From Bacteroidota bacterium (GTDB lineage Bacteria; Bacteroidota; Bacteroidia; Chitinophagales; Chitinophagaceae), in NCBI GenBank assembly GCA_031417635.1, contig JANOVY010000078.1:16795-80794 (forward strand): a DNA stretch of 64,000 nt, given 5' to 3'. The translations under genes were made by a program, and so were the position numbers. Positions 51,688 to 62,382 of this stretch are shown here, piece after piece; the first letter of the stretch is position 1, and each line of letters begins with the position of its first letter. Under the pieces are notes generated by a model. That model did no database searches. It saw nothing but the letters and a program-made list of their open reading frames with translations, and was not told the DNA's origin.

Positions 51688-52407
51688 ATGACTGAAAGAT
51701 ATTCAAGTTTAAAAAAATCTTTGAAAGAACATATTTTTGATTTTTTAATGCTTTTTATTGCCATTTCCTTAGGCTTTTTTGTAGACAATTACCGGGATGA
51801 ATATACTGATAGAAAGCTTGCTAAATCATTGGCATCAGAACTTATAACGGAGATTCAAGAAGATACCCTGTCTTTGCATAACATGTTGGATTACTGTACT
51901 TTAAGAATACAAAGAATGGATAGATTGTTTCTCTTAATAGATGACAATAAAACCTTTTATAATGATTCATTAATTTATTTTTACTCTGCACATATTAATG
52001 AAAGGCTTAAGTTTAAAAGAAATGGTCAAACATTTGCACTTTTTACGAATACCAGTTATCTAGATAATTTTACAAAAGAAGTAGCTTTTGCATTAACAAA
52101 GTTTGATATCAGTTATAAAACAACACTATTATCCCTAGAGCATGAAAGGGAAATTATCACTAACAAAATTTTCCCTTTTCAACAACAGGTTTTTCATACC
52201 GAACTTTTTCAATCTATTATTTTAAATAATAAACTAGATGCAAAACCCATGCTTCGCAATTGGAACAAAGAAGCTAGTTGGATATACCACAATTACATAA
52301 CCGAATTAAAAATTGAAAACCAAAGAGTAAGAGACGAATACAAGAATCTCTTAGAAGACGCAAAAGAAGCTTTGGATATATTGAAAAAGGATTACGCTAT
52401 TAATTAA
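51688..52407 (+). CDS. Hypothetical protein with N-terminal TM helix and coiled coil (DUF6090-like)
   Basis: 239-aa AT-rich ORF; FLMLFIAISLGFFVDNY. Confidence 0.6.
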   Translation: MTERYSSLKKSLKEHIFDFLMLFIAISLGFFVDNYRDEYTDRKLAKSLASELITEIQEDTLSLHNMLDYCTLRIQRMDRLFLLIDDNKTFYNDSLIYFYSAHINERLKFKRNGQTFALFTNTSYLDNFTKEVAFALTKFDISYKTTLLSLEHEREIITNKIFPFQQQVFHTELFQSIILNNKLDAKPMLRNWNKEASWIYHNYITELKIENQRVRDEYKNLLEDAKEALDILKKDYAIN

Positions 52408-52664
52408 AATATAATGAAAATGTATTTTGTAAAATAATCTTAACATCCTTATAACTTAAGATACTTTTTAATGGGCAAAGGCTTTGATTGTTTCATAAAA
52501 AAATTCCAATAACTTTTTCATTACTGAATTGAAAAGAAAAAAATTGATAGATTTCTATAACACAAGCATACATTTAATTGCAGATAGATTTATATGAATA
52601 AATTTTGAGATTTGTAAATAAACGCATATATTAGAAATCTAAATAACTCCTAATATCCCCATTT

Positions 52665-55600
52665 ATGAGAAATCTATCGTTGCCCGGCGAAAGTATGAAA
52701 CCCTTTTATGATATTGTTGTAATTGGCTCAGGGTATGGTGGTGGCATTTCAGCATCTAGATTGTCCCGTTGCGGAAAAAAAGTTTGTGTTTTAGAACGAG
52801 GTAAAGAGATACAACCTGGCGAATACCCCGATACATTAATAGAGGCCACGGAACAAATGCAAGTGCATACTGCCACAGGACATCATGGTTCACCAACGGG
52901 AATGATTGATTTACACGTGCACAAAGGCATCAGTGTATTAGTGGCTTGTGGACTTGGGGGGACTTCACTCATTAATGCAAATGTTTCCATTAAACCGGAA
53001 GAAAGGGTTTTTGATGACCCTCGTTGGCCCAAAGAATTAAGGGATGAATTTGATGACGCAAATAGTTTGCTTACCAAGGGCTATGGATTGGCGAAAGACA
53101 TGTTGAAAGCAGTTCCACTTCCTGCAAATATTCAGTTGAATAAATTAAAAGCCTTAGAGGCTTCTGCCAAAGCAAATGGAGAAAAATTTTACAGAACCGA
53201 TATTAACGTAAATTTTGAAGTAGATGGGCTGAACCATGTTGGTGTTCCTCAAAAACCCTGTAATCTTTGTGGAGATTGCTGTTCGGGATGTAACCACTAT
53301 GCCAAGAATACCATCCTAATGAATTATTTGCCAGATGCCAAAGCACATGGTGCCGAAATTTTTACAGAGACTTCGGTTAGTCATATTGAAAAGAAAGGCG
53401 ACAAATGGCTTGTATTTTATGGACTAGTCAATTCCGGCAGTGATAAATTTAATGCCCCGGATTTATTTGTAGAAGCTGATATGGTAATTTTATCTGCAGG
53501 CACATTGGGTTCTACAGAAATATTACTTCGTTCAAAAGAAAAAGGATTACCCGTGTCCGATAAAACCGGTTTTTCTTTTTCGGGAAATGGAGATGTACTC
53601 GGTTTTGCGTATAATACAGAACATATCATTGACGGTATGGGGGAAGGGGTTCATAAAATTGATCAGGAGAAAAAAGCAGGACCTTGCATTACCGGTATAA
53701 TAGACCTTCGCTATAAAGAAAACCTCGATGATGGAATGATTGTAGAAGATGCTGCAATACCAGGCCCCCTAGCCCCAATTATGCCTTTGCTGATTGATGT
53801 TGAAAATAAAATAGTGGGCGTTGTAGAAAGAAAGAAGAGCGACTTAGGTTTTTTCAACAGATTGAAACACGAATACCAAACACTACTCAGCGATATCAGA
53901 GGTGCATATTATGGAGCAATAAGAAATACCCAGGCTTATTTATTAATGACACATGATGGTGAACACGGAAGATTTTTGTTGAACAATAATCGTTTGGATA
54001 TTGATTGGTCTAATGTAGGAAAAGAAGAAATTTTTGAAAAAGCAGACACACAACTAAGAAAGGAAACCGATGCTCTTTCCGGTGTATATGTAAAGAATCC
54101 GGTTTGGGTAAAGGAAATGAACAACGAATTAATTACAGTACATCCTTTAGGTGGTTGTTATATGGGCGATGATATTGATTCCGCCGTTGTTAATCACAAA
54201 GGGCAGGTTTTTACAAAAGACAGTGCATCTGGCGTATATGAAAATTTTTATATTACAGATGGTTCTGTTGTTCCGAGATCTTTGGGGGTAAACCCTTTAT
54301 TAACCATTTCTGCTATTTCTGAAAGATGCTGTGCAATCATTGCCGCAGACAGAAACTGGGTAATTGATTATTCATCGACCAAAAAACTACAGCTAACAGA
54401 AACAATCAACAAAACGGTTGGTGTTGAATTTACAGAAACCATGCGTGGTTTTTATACAAAAGGCATTGGCAATAACGATTACCAAGCGGGCTTTGATAAA
54501 GGCAAATTGGCCAATGAAGATTTTCAGTTTACCTTAACCATTAGGGGTAATGACGTATATGATATGATCAAAAACCCTGGTCATCCAGCCACGATAAGCG
54601 GAACCGTTACAGCACCGGGTTTATCTTCCTTTCCCTTAAATGCTTCCGAAGGCATATTTAATTTATTTGTTGATGACCCCGATACGGTGAATACAAAACT
54701 GATGAAATACGCTATGAGATTGAATAGTGAAGAAGGGAATCAATATTATTTCAAAGGTTTTAAGTTTGTACATCATGATCGCGGATTGGATGAATGGCCT
54801 GACACCTCTACATTATACATAACTATTTTTGAAGGCATAGATGAAACCGGAAAAATAATTGGGCAAGGTATATTACATATTTTATTGGCCGATTTTGCTA
54901 AACAAATGAAAACAATGAAAGCGTTGAATGCCCCTTCTGTTGAAGAAGGTTTAAAAGCACTTGCTGCTTTTGGTGCCTATTTTTCTAAATCATTGTTTGA
55001 AGTATACGGAGGTATTTTTGCTCCAAATAATTTTTATAACCCCGATGCGCCCCCACGTAAAAAAAGAGAACTTCGATTATCGGATCCCGAATATTTTCCA
55101 ATCAAAACGGAAGATGGTATTGAATTGTTACTCACCCGTTACAATGGCGGGAAAAAGGGGCCTTTATTAATGGTTCATGGCTTTAGCGGTAATCGACTTA
55201 CGTTTTCTATTGATACAGTTGATACCAATATGGCAGAATACTTTTTTGCCCATGGATATGATGTTTGGTTATTCGATTTCAGATTAAGTAATTACCTTCC
55301 TTCGGCCAAAGAACAGTTTACTTTAGATCAAATAGCCAAATATGATTACCCGGCCGCTATCAATAAAATAATAGCCATAACCGGCGTTACCCAGATAGAT
55401 ATTATGGCGCATTGCGTAGGTTCTATTTCTCTTTTTATGGCCATGATGAATGGGATGCAAGGTGTACGCTCTATAGTAAGTGCACAAATTGCTGCTGATT
55501 TCTATCCGGCAACACAGGTTAAATGGAAAGCAGGCTTACATCTTCCACAAGTATTGGAAGCCATTGGTGTTAAAACACTCACAGCTTATGCGGATACAAA

Positions 55601-56096
55601 CGAATCCTGGTACAATAAACTGTATGATAAATTTTTAGAAATGTATGCAGTACCCATTGCGGGATATTGTACTAGCCCTTCCTGCCATCGCATGACTTTT
55701 ATGTTTGGGCCTTTATACGAACACAGCCAATTAAATGATGCAACGCATACAGCAATGGTAGAAATGTTTACCGTTGCCAATGTTCGAACTTATGAACACC
55801 TTACATTAATGATCAGAGAAAATCATTTGGTGAATGCAGAAGGTGCGGATATATATATGCCGAATCTTAAAAATCTGGCCATACCCATTACATTTATTCA
55901 TGGCGAAAAAAATCAACTCTTTAAACCGGAAAGTACACTAACTACGTATCAAAAACTCTGTGAAACAAATGGAAGTGAGCTATATCAACATATCATTATT
56001 CCGGGCTATGGTCACAATGACTGCATGTATGGAAAGAATACAGCAACTGATGTATTCCCGCACATTCTGCAGCAATTTGAAAAATTTTATCAGTAA
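52665..56096 (+). CDS. GMC (cholesterol-oxidase-like) flavoprotein fused to an unknown middle domain and a C-terminal alpha/beta hydrolase
   Basis: IGSGYGG, GLGGTSLINANV, CNLCGDCCSGC, HPLGG, GVNPLLTISA; VHGFS, AHCVGS, GYGHND. Confidence 0.85.
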   Translation: MRNLSLPGESMKPFYDIVVIGSGYGGGISASRLSRCGKKVCVLERGKEIQPGEYPDTLIEATEQMQVHTATGHHGSPTGMIDLHVHKGISVLVACGLGGTSLINANVSIKPEERVFDDPRWPKELRDEFDDANSLLTKGYGLAKDMLKAVPLPANIQLNKLKALEASAKANGEKFYRTDINVNFEVDGLNHVGVPQKPCNLCGDCCSGCNHYAKNTILMNYLPDAKAHGAEIFTETSVSHIEKKGDKWLVFYGLVNSGSDKFNAPDLFVEADMVILSAGTLGSTEILLRSKEKGLPVSDKTGFSFSGNGDVLGFAYNTEHIIDGMGEGVHKIDQEKKAGPCITGIIDLRYKENLDDGMIVEDAAIPGPLAPIMPLLIDVENKIVGVVERKKSDLGFFNRLKHEYQTLLSDIRGAYYGAIRNTQAYLLMTHDGEHGRFLLNNNRLDIDWSNVGKEEIFEKADTQLRKETDALSGVYVKNPVWVKEMNNELITVHPLGGCYMGDDIDSAVVNHKGQVFTKDSASGVYENFYITDGSVVPRSLGVNPLLTISAISERCCAIIAADRNWVIDYSSTKKLQLTETINKTVGVEFTETMRGFYTKGIGNNDYQAGFDKGKLANEDFQFTLTIRGNDVYDMIKNPGHPATISGTVTAPGLSSFPLNASEGIFNLFVDDPDTVNTKLMKYAMRLNSEEGNQYYFKGFKFVHHDRGLDEWPDTSTLYITIFEGIDETGKIIGQGILHILLADFAKQMKTMKALNAPSVEEGLKALAAFGAYFSKSLFEVYGGIFAPNNFYNPDAPPRKKRELRLSDPEYFPIKTEDGIELLLTRYNGGKKGPLLMVHGFSGNRLTFSIDTVDTNMAEYFFAHGYDVWLFDFRLSNYLPSAKEQFTLDQIAKYDYPAAINKIIAITGVTQIDIMAHCVGSISLFMAMMNGMQGVRSIVSAQIAADFYPATQVKWKAGLHLPQVLEAIGVKTLTAYADTNESWYNKLYDKFLEMYAVPIAGYCTSPSCHRMTFMFGPLYEHSQLNDATHTAMVEMFTVANVRTYEHLTLMIRENHLVNAEGADIYMPNLKNLAIPITFIHGEKNQLFKPESTLTTYQKLCETNGSELYQHIIIPGYGHNDCMYGKNTATDVFPHILQQFEKFYQ

Positions 56097-56277
56097 TCTG
56101 CATACGTATCATAAATGCACATTTGTTTTTGGAATCAACAAACTTTGAAAAGCCAAAATCATATGGTCAAGCAGATGACACAAAGGTTTTTCACTAGTAT
56201 ATTCAAAACATCATACAACAAAAATCCAATTGACTGAAAAGTCATAATCCATTTTTTAATGCATTAAAAAGTTATGT

Positions 56278-57690
56278 ATGCCTGATATCCGTTATGTTGT
56301 AATTTCTGATATGCACTTGGGTGCAGAGAACAGTATCCTTACTAATCTTGTAGACAATACTTACGATATTGATACTACAAAAGCTAGTCCCGTAATGATT
56401 AAAATGGTAGAATGCCTAAAAGATATCATTTCACAAAATGAAGGCACTCAAAAGCCCATACTAATATTGAATGGAGATTTAATGGAACTGGCTCTAACAA
56501 CCACTAATAATGCTTCGATGGCATTCGAACGATTTATCGAATTAACAATGCCGGCAAATGGCGAATTACTTTTCGACAATCAAATGTATTTTCTGTCCGG
56601 TAATCATGATCACAATTTATGGGAGCGATCAAGAAATTATCATTATATAGAATACTTGAAAACAGTTCAATCGGGAGAACCCATCAGAGATGAGATACAT
56701 TCAACTACCATGTTCAATCCTGAAATTATTCCGGAAAATTTATTAAATGTACTCATACATAGATCTCCACATCTAAAGCACGTAAATGTGTCAGCAGTGT
56801 ATCCGGCACATGCAGTTCTGAGTAAGGATAAACAGAAATGCGTTATTTTTTGCCATGGACATTACGTTGAGTCGATGTATTCGTTAATGACAAATCTTCG
56901 CTCTAATATTTTTCCCGACCGAAAACCTCCGGAAACTTTTCATGAACTTGAAATGGAGAATTTTGCCTGGGTAGATTTTTTTTGGTCAACACTGGGGAGA
57001 TCTGGATCAGTTGGAAAAGATATTAATTTGATCTATGATAAAATGCAGGATTCTGATCAAGTATCCATCATGATCAATAATGTGGCTAACAGTTTAACAA
57101 ATCAGAAAAAAAACAGGGTCTTGCGGTGGATTGAAAAAGAAGTGCTGAAAGGGTTGTTAAACCTTACTTTGGGAAGAATGGCAAGTAGTGAAAGAAATGA
57201 ACCCGATGTTGAATTAACACCGGATGCAACAATGGGGCTAAAAACGTTTATGGAAAAATTTGTTATGAATCAATTTAAAGAAGAGCTGGCAGGATTTATT
57301 CCTCCGGATATTTCATTTATTTTTGGCCATACACATAAACCATTTGAACGAATTATTTCATATGAAGGATATACGAACCCTGTTAAAGTGTACAACAGTG
57401 GCGGATGGGTGGTAGATACTTTACAGCAACAACCATTGCATGGGGGATCCGTTATTTTGTTAGATGAACACATGGATGTTGTATCATTACAATTTTATAA
57501 AGAAGGAAAAAAAGAGGTAACTGTGAATGAAATTAAAGATGCGAATGAAAAAAGTTGTCCATTCTTTAATAGAGTTAACAGTATCATTAACATGCAAAAG
57601 GAGCCATGGTCAGGATTTGCTAATGTAGTAGCCGCTGAAATTGAAATACGTCATAAAAACCTTGCAGCCATTGACAAAAGTGATAATTAA
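56278..57690 (+). CDS. Calcineurin-like metallophosphoesterase
   Basis: SDMHLG, NGDLME, GNHDH, CHGH, FGHTH, YNSGGW. Confidence 0.8.
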   Translation: MPDIRYVVISDMHLGAENSILTNLVDNTYDIDTTKASPVMIKMVECLKDIISQNEGTQKPILILNGDLMELALTTTNNASMAFERFIELTMPANGELLFDNQMYFLSGNHDHNLWERSRNYHYIEYLKTVQSGEPIRDEIHSTTMFNPEIIPENLLNVLIHRSPHLKHVNVSAVYPAHAVLSKDKQKCVIFCHGHYVESMYSLMTNLRSNIFPDRKPPETFHELEMENFAWVDFFWSTLGRSGSVGKDINLIYDKMQDSDQVSIMINNVANSLTNQKKNRVLRWIEKEVLKGLLNLTLGRMASSERNEPDVELTPDATMGLKTFMEKFVMNQFKEELAGFIPPDISFIFGHTHKPFERIISYEGYTNPVKVYNSGGWVVDTLQQQPLHGGSVILLDEHMDVVSLQFYKEGKKEVTVNEIKDANEKSCPFFNRVNSIINMQKEPWSGFANVVAAEIEIRHKNLAAIDKSDN

Positions 57691-59725
57691 ATTTCAAATC
57701 CCAATACAAATAAAAACATATCCTTCTTTACTAAAATTAGTATTGGCTAGTTTCTTATTTCCATTATTTGGACAAGTTGTATCAGCCCAATCATTTGTTA
57801 CCCTTACAGATTCTAGTAATGAATTGAGAATTGGAAAATCAGTGTATTATATTAAAGAAACCAAGAAGCCACTTGATTTTCAAAAAATTCTACTGGGAAA
57901 CCATGATAAAGATTTCATTCAATTTGACCAAGAATCACCCAATTTTGGAAATGTAGAATTAACCACTTGGAATAAGTTCAGCATAGTTAATAATTCCTCC
58001 AAAGAATGGGTTTTATTAGTAGATAGCTATAGCCTAGATTCCCTGCATTTTTATTATCCTGATACAAATAAAAAATATCAAAAAATCCGTTCTGGCCGAT
58101 CCATCCCTTTTAGTAAAAGACAGTATAAAACCAGTATATATACTTTTGATATAGATGTACCGAAGGGAGACACAGCTGTTTTTTATTTACGTGTATCCTC
58201 CTTTTTTATGCAATACCCAATGATTATAGCTAGTAAGGAAAAATTTATTGCAACATATCATACAAAAGATATTTTAGAGGGATTTTATTTTGGTTTTATA
58301 TTCTTGATTATCGTATATAATTTCTTACTATTTCTTTCTGTTAGGGACAAAAGTTACTTATATTATATCTGTTATGTTATTGCAAATGCATTATTAATAG
58401 CCTTGTTAAAAGGATTTATTGCTGAATTGTGGGGTGATAGTTTTCACTTTTTATGGTCGTATTCACCCGCAATTATTGCAGCCATTTCAGTTGTAGGATT
58501 TCTTTTTATACAAAATGTATTAGAAACAAAGAGATATACCCCATTCTTGAATAAGATAATGAATTATTTATTTAAGCCCTCGTTTTTTATTATCATTTTA
58601 TTTAGCCTTTTCAATAATAATTTAATTGCCTCTTTACTTAATCAAATTTTAGGAATAGTTGGTATGTTAGTTTGCTATATAACTGCTATAAAAGTTTATA
58701 AACAAGGATTTATTTATGCACGATTTTATATTGCTGCTTGCTGGATATACTTTTTAGGTATTATTATTTTTGTTTTAAAAGCATTTAATATTCTTCCTTA
58801 TAATTTTTTTACCAATAATGCTATTGAAATAGGCTCAACACTTCAACTGATAATGTTTGCATTTACTATTTCGGATAAAGTAAACACATATAAAAAAGAA
58901 AAGGCAAAAGCGCAAGAAGAATTGGTACATTCTCTCAGAGCGAATGAGGAGTTAATAACTGAACAAAATAAAGTGCTTGAAGAAAAGGTTGAAATGAGAA
59001 CTAGTGAGTTGCAACTTACTTTGTCTGCTTTAGAAGTTTCTCAAATTGAACTGAAGCAAAAAAATGAACTGATTACCTTTGAGAAAGAACGTAGTGATAG
59101 TTTATTACTAAATATTCTTCCTTATGAAACTGCCCAAGAACTGAAAGAAACGGGCTCAGCAGAAGCAAAGTTATTTGACAATGTTACCGTTATTTTTACT
59201 GATTTTAAAGACTTTAGCACCATTTCAGAATTTATGAAACCTGCTGAATTGGTTGCAGAACTCCATACCTGTTTCACGGCATTTGACAGTATAGCAGATA
59301 AATATGATATAGAAAAAATTAAGACCATTGGTGATAGTTATATGGCCGTATCCGGCTTACCGGTTGCAGACAAGTTAAGTATGGCCAAAGCTATTTATGC
59401 AGCACTTGATATAGAAGTATTTATGCGAGAATACAATACTGAGAGGATTCAAAAAGGTTTACAACCCTTTGAAATTCGGATAGGTATTCATACAGGTGAT
59501 GTAGTGGCTGGTATTGTAGGAAGTAAAAAATTCGCCTACGATATTTGGGGCGATACAGTAAACACGGCTTCCAGAATGGAGAGTTCCGGCGAAGCGGGAA
59601 AAGTAAACATAAGCGGCACCACTTATGATTTGGTAAAAGATATTTTCCATTGCACTTATCGTGGGAAAGTGGCCGCAAAAAATAAAGGTGAAATAGATAT
59701 GTATTTTGTAGATGGAGTGAAATAA
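57641..59725 (+). CDS. 7TM-DISM receptor class III adenylate cyclase (start uncertain)
   Basis: Extracellular DISMED2-like region, seven TM helices, coiled coil, FTDFKDFS, KTIGDSYM, YDIWGDTVNTASRMES. Confidence 0.88.
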   Translation: MKYVIKTLQPLTKVIIKFQIPIQIKTYPSLLKLVLASFLFPLFGQVVSAQSFVTLTDSSNELRIGKSVYYIKETKKPLDFQKILLGNHDKDFIQFDQESPNFGNVELTTWNKFSIVNNSSKEWVLLVDSYSLDSLHFYYPDTNKKYQKIRSGRSIPFSKRQYKTSIYTFDIDVPKGDTAVFYLRVSSFFMQYPMIIASKEKFIATYHTKDILEGFYFGFIFLIIVYNFLLFLSVRDKSYLYYICYVIANALLIALLKGFIAELWGDSFHFLWSYSPAIIAAISVVGFLFIQNVLETKRYTPFLNKIMNYLFKPSFFIIILFSLFNNNLIASLLNQILGIVGMLVCYITAIKVYKQGFIYARFYIAACWIYFLGIIIFVLKAFNILPYNFFTNNAIEIGSTLQLIMFAFTISDKVNTYKKEKAKAQEELVHSLRANEELITEQNKVLEEKVEMRTSELQLTLSALEVSQIELKQKNELITFEKERSDSLLLNILPYETAQELKETGSAEAKLFDNVTVIFTDFKDFSTISEFMKPAELVAELHTCFTAFDSIADKYDIEKIKTIGDSYMAVSGLPVADKLSMAKAIYAALDIEVFMREYNTERIQKGLQPFEIRIGIHTGDVVAGIVGSKKFAYDIWGDTVNTASRMESSGEAGKVNISGTTYDLVKDIFHCTYRGKVAAKNKGEIDMYFVDGVK

Positions 59726-59846
59726 TTTTTATGAATCATTCTAATATCACCCTCCAATTTGCTTTCCTTCCTTTGGATCTGGTTAACTACAAGAAAGTTT
59801 AGAACTTTCCCGAAGAGTACCTCACTATGATAAATATTTTTTTTGC

Positions 59847-60896
59847 TTAACTTTTTTCGTTCAACAACCTAACCCTTTTATTCATCACATAGAAAAAGAG
59901 CGGGGGGATATGCGCCAAAATCATCATACCCGGATAGCCGGTTGGCATTTGTGGAGAATCATCAAAATGACGCAGTATTTGGTATTTTCTACTGGCTAAA
60001 TAATGATGATCACTATGTCTGCTTAACTCAAATAACATCATACGACCTAAAACGTGGTTACTATTCCAGCTATGTTTGGGAAGCGTTCTTTCAAATTTTC
60101 CTTGCTCGGTTTCTACTCGCTGTAAACCATAATGTTCTATATAATTAACAGCTTCGAGTAAACCTATGCCAATGAAAGCGGAAGCTAAATAATAAAGAAG
60201 AATGGTTACACCCCAGAAATATACAATCATCAAACAAAAAGATATTTGTATCAAAGTAAATAAAAGCATTTCATTTTTAATACTAAATACTCCATAACCC
60301 TTGTTTCTTACTTCTTTATTTGCTATTGACCAAGCACTTACATAAGAACCCAGAATTGTTCTGGGATAAAACATAAAAAGATTCTCCCCAAAACGAGCTG
60401 AAGCCGGGTCATTTGGTGTAGCTACATGTTTATGATGCCCTTTGTTATGCTCAATAAAAAAATGCAAGTATTGAGAACTTAATAAAAGTAGTTTTGCCAT
60501 AAATTGCTCGGCTTTATTTGATCTATGTCCCAATTCATGCCCTACATTAATCCCCATAATACCACAGAGCAGCCCCATACTGCTTATTCTACCAAGAAGG
60601 GTAACCCTACTTAAATTGGATTCTTGAAATGAGGATAGAAATGCCAGTAATAAGCCATACTGAAAAACAATGGTAGCATACAAAAGATAATTGTAAATAG
60701 GATCGGCTTTCACCAATTCTTCTTCAGCAATACTTAAATTTTGAGGTGTAGGACTTAGGAATAATTCAAGAAAAGGGATAAATGCAAATGACCAAAGAAC
60801 CGGCAAAAAACTTACCCAACCTTTGTTTGTGAATGCTATCAATGCTAGGAAGAATACAATAAAAGGCGACAAGTATTTAAAAAACCGCCAGCGCAT
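59847..60896 (-). CDS. alkB: Alkane 1-monooxygenase
   Basis: HELGH, EHNKGHH, NYIEHYGL, RHSDHH, PQMPTGYP. Confidence 0.9.
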   Translation of the reverse strand: MRWRFFKYLSPFIVFFLALIAFTNKGWVSFLPVLWSFAFIPFLELFLSPTPQNLSIAEEELVKADPIYNYLLYATIVFQYGLLLAFLSSFQESNLSRVTLLGRISSMGLLCGIMGINVGHELGHRSNKAEQFMAKLLLLSSQYLHFFIEHNKGHHKHVATPNDPASARFGENLFMFYPRTILGSYVSAWSIANKEVRNKGYGVFSIKNEMLLFTLIQISFCLMIVYFWGVTILLYYLASAFIGIGLLEAVNYIEHYGLQRVETEQGKFERTLPKHSWNSNHVLGRMMLFELSRHSDHHYLASRKYQILRHFDDSPQMPTGYPGMMILAHIPPLFFYVMNKRVRLLNEKS

Positions 60897-61051
60897 GTAA
60901 AAAATTTATTTAAAGCTAAGGTAAAGTAACCAACATTTTATGGAAACTAATATTACCTATCATTACTTCATTAATAAATGAGCGAATCTGAATAAAAAGC
61001 ATTTCACAATAAATAGAATAGAATAAAAAATCCTATTGATAAAGAGTTATT

Positions 61052-62311
61052 TTATCCTTTCATTAATCCCAAACCCATTCCCTCCCAAGACGGAAACAAT
61101 TTACTATTGTCATGTATCTTCAAATGCTTGCCTGCTACCGAACTGAAAACTGCTCGAAAATCGGTACTTACCGGTAGATCTCGGCCATCTTCCAAATCTT
61201 CTTTGGCAAGCGTTTTTATGTTATGATATACTTTCCCTCCTTGCACATCATTGCCCAATACAAACAAACAACTTGCTCTTCCATGATCGGTGCCACCTGT
61301 GCCATTTTGGTGGGCAGTACGGCCAAATTCAGTCATGGTCATGACTGTAACTTCATCTTGGTAAGCGGCCAAGTCTTTCCAGAAGGCAGCAATACTATCG
61401 CCGAAATCTTTCAGGTTCCTGCCCAGTGTGCCATTGATGGTTCCTTGGTTAAAATGCGTATCCCATCCCCCACTTTCTGCAAATGCTACTTCCATACCTA
61501 CTTCCATTTTTATTAAAGTAGCAATTTGTCTTAATGAATTACCCAACGCAGAATTGGGGTATACAATGCCATTTGCCGGTTGGTAATTTTTAATATTATT
61601 TACATTCAACATCTTCATTGCATCAAAACTTTCTTTACCGGTTTTATTCAACAGTTCACTCGATGTTTGATCGTACAATTGCTCAAAAGATTTGGATGCC
61701 AGGTTTGTAGCCATGGGATTACCACGCATTTGAATAGCAAATTCCTGTAAATTATTTATAGCCAAGGATTCATTATCGCCATACAAACTTCTTGGCAAAG
61801 CACTTGTTAAGCTCACAGCCCGAAAGGGTGTTCCTTCATGTCCAAGTAATCCAACTGCCCTGTTTAACCAACCACTGGCAGTACCTTTGTTGAATGGAGT
61901 GCCACTTTCCATATAATCCTGCGCATCAAAATGGCTGCGGGTAGTGTTCGGACTACCCACACCATGCACAATAGCCATTCTACCTACAGTAAAAAATGGA
62001 GATAAAGATTGCAAAGAGGGATGTAAACCAAAACGGCCATCGAGGTCAGTCATCTTACCCTCAGTCAGTGCGGGACTCATGTATAATGTAGGGCGGAGCC
62101 TTTTTAAATTTGGATCTGCAAATGGACTTACTACCATCAATCCATCCATTGCGCCTCTTTGAAAAATACATACCAGTGTTTTATTTTTTTTATAGGGGGC
62201 AAGGATTTTTCCTCCATCCGCTGCACGAGCAATAAACGTAGGTACACCACCTACCCCGGCTGCGAATAGTGCCAAAGCGCCCGATTTCATAAATGCTCTT
62301 CGATTTACCAT
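61052..62311 (-). CDS. DUF1501 protein with Tat signal
   Basis: NRRAFMK, IFQRGAMDG, RSHFDAQ, GGWDTH, TEFGRT, GTDHG. Confidence 0.88.
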   Translation of the reverse strand: MVNRRAFMKSGALALFAAGVGGVPTFIARAADGGKILAPYKKNKTLVCIFQRGAMDGLMVVSPFADPNLKRLRPTLYMSPALTEGKMTDLDGRFGLHPSLQSLSPFFTVGRMAIVHGVGSPNTTRSHFDAQDYMESGTPFNKGTASGWLNRAVGLLGHEGTPFRAVSLTSALPRSLYGDNESLAINNLQEFAIQMRGNPMATNLASKSFEQLYDQTSSELLNKTGKESFDAMKMLNVNNIKNYQPANGIVYPNSALGNSLRQIATLIKMEVGMEVAFAESGGWDTHFNQGTINGTLGRNLKDFGDSIAAFWKDLAAYQDEVTVMTMTEFGRTAHQNGTGGTDHGRASCLFVLGNDVQGGKVYHNIKTLAKEDLEDGRDLPVSTDFRAVFSSVAGKHLKIHDNSKLFPSWEGMGLGLMKG

Positions 62312-62382
62312 AAACTATTTTTTATTGTTAGAAAACTACGCTTCAGGTTACTTTAGCACCCCACGCGTAGCGCCGCCACACG

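Noticed and set aside
57641-59725. Pycsar/CBASS-type anti-phage cyclase system
   Set aside because: The cyclase is a 7TM receptor type with adenine-specific residues, and no cNMP-binding TIR or TM effector is adjacent
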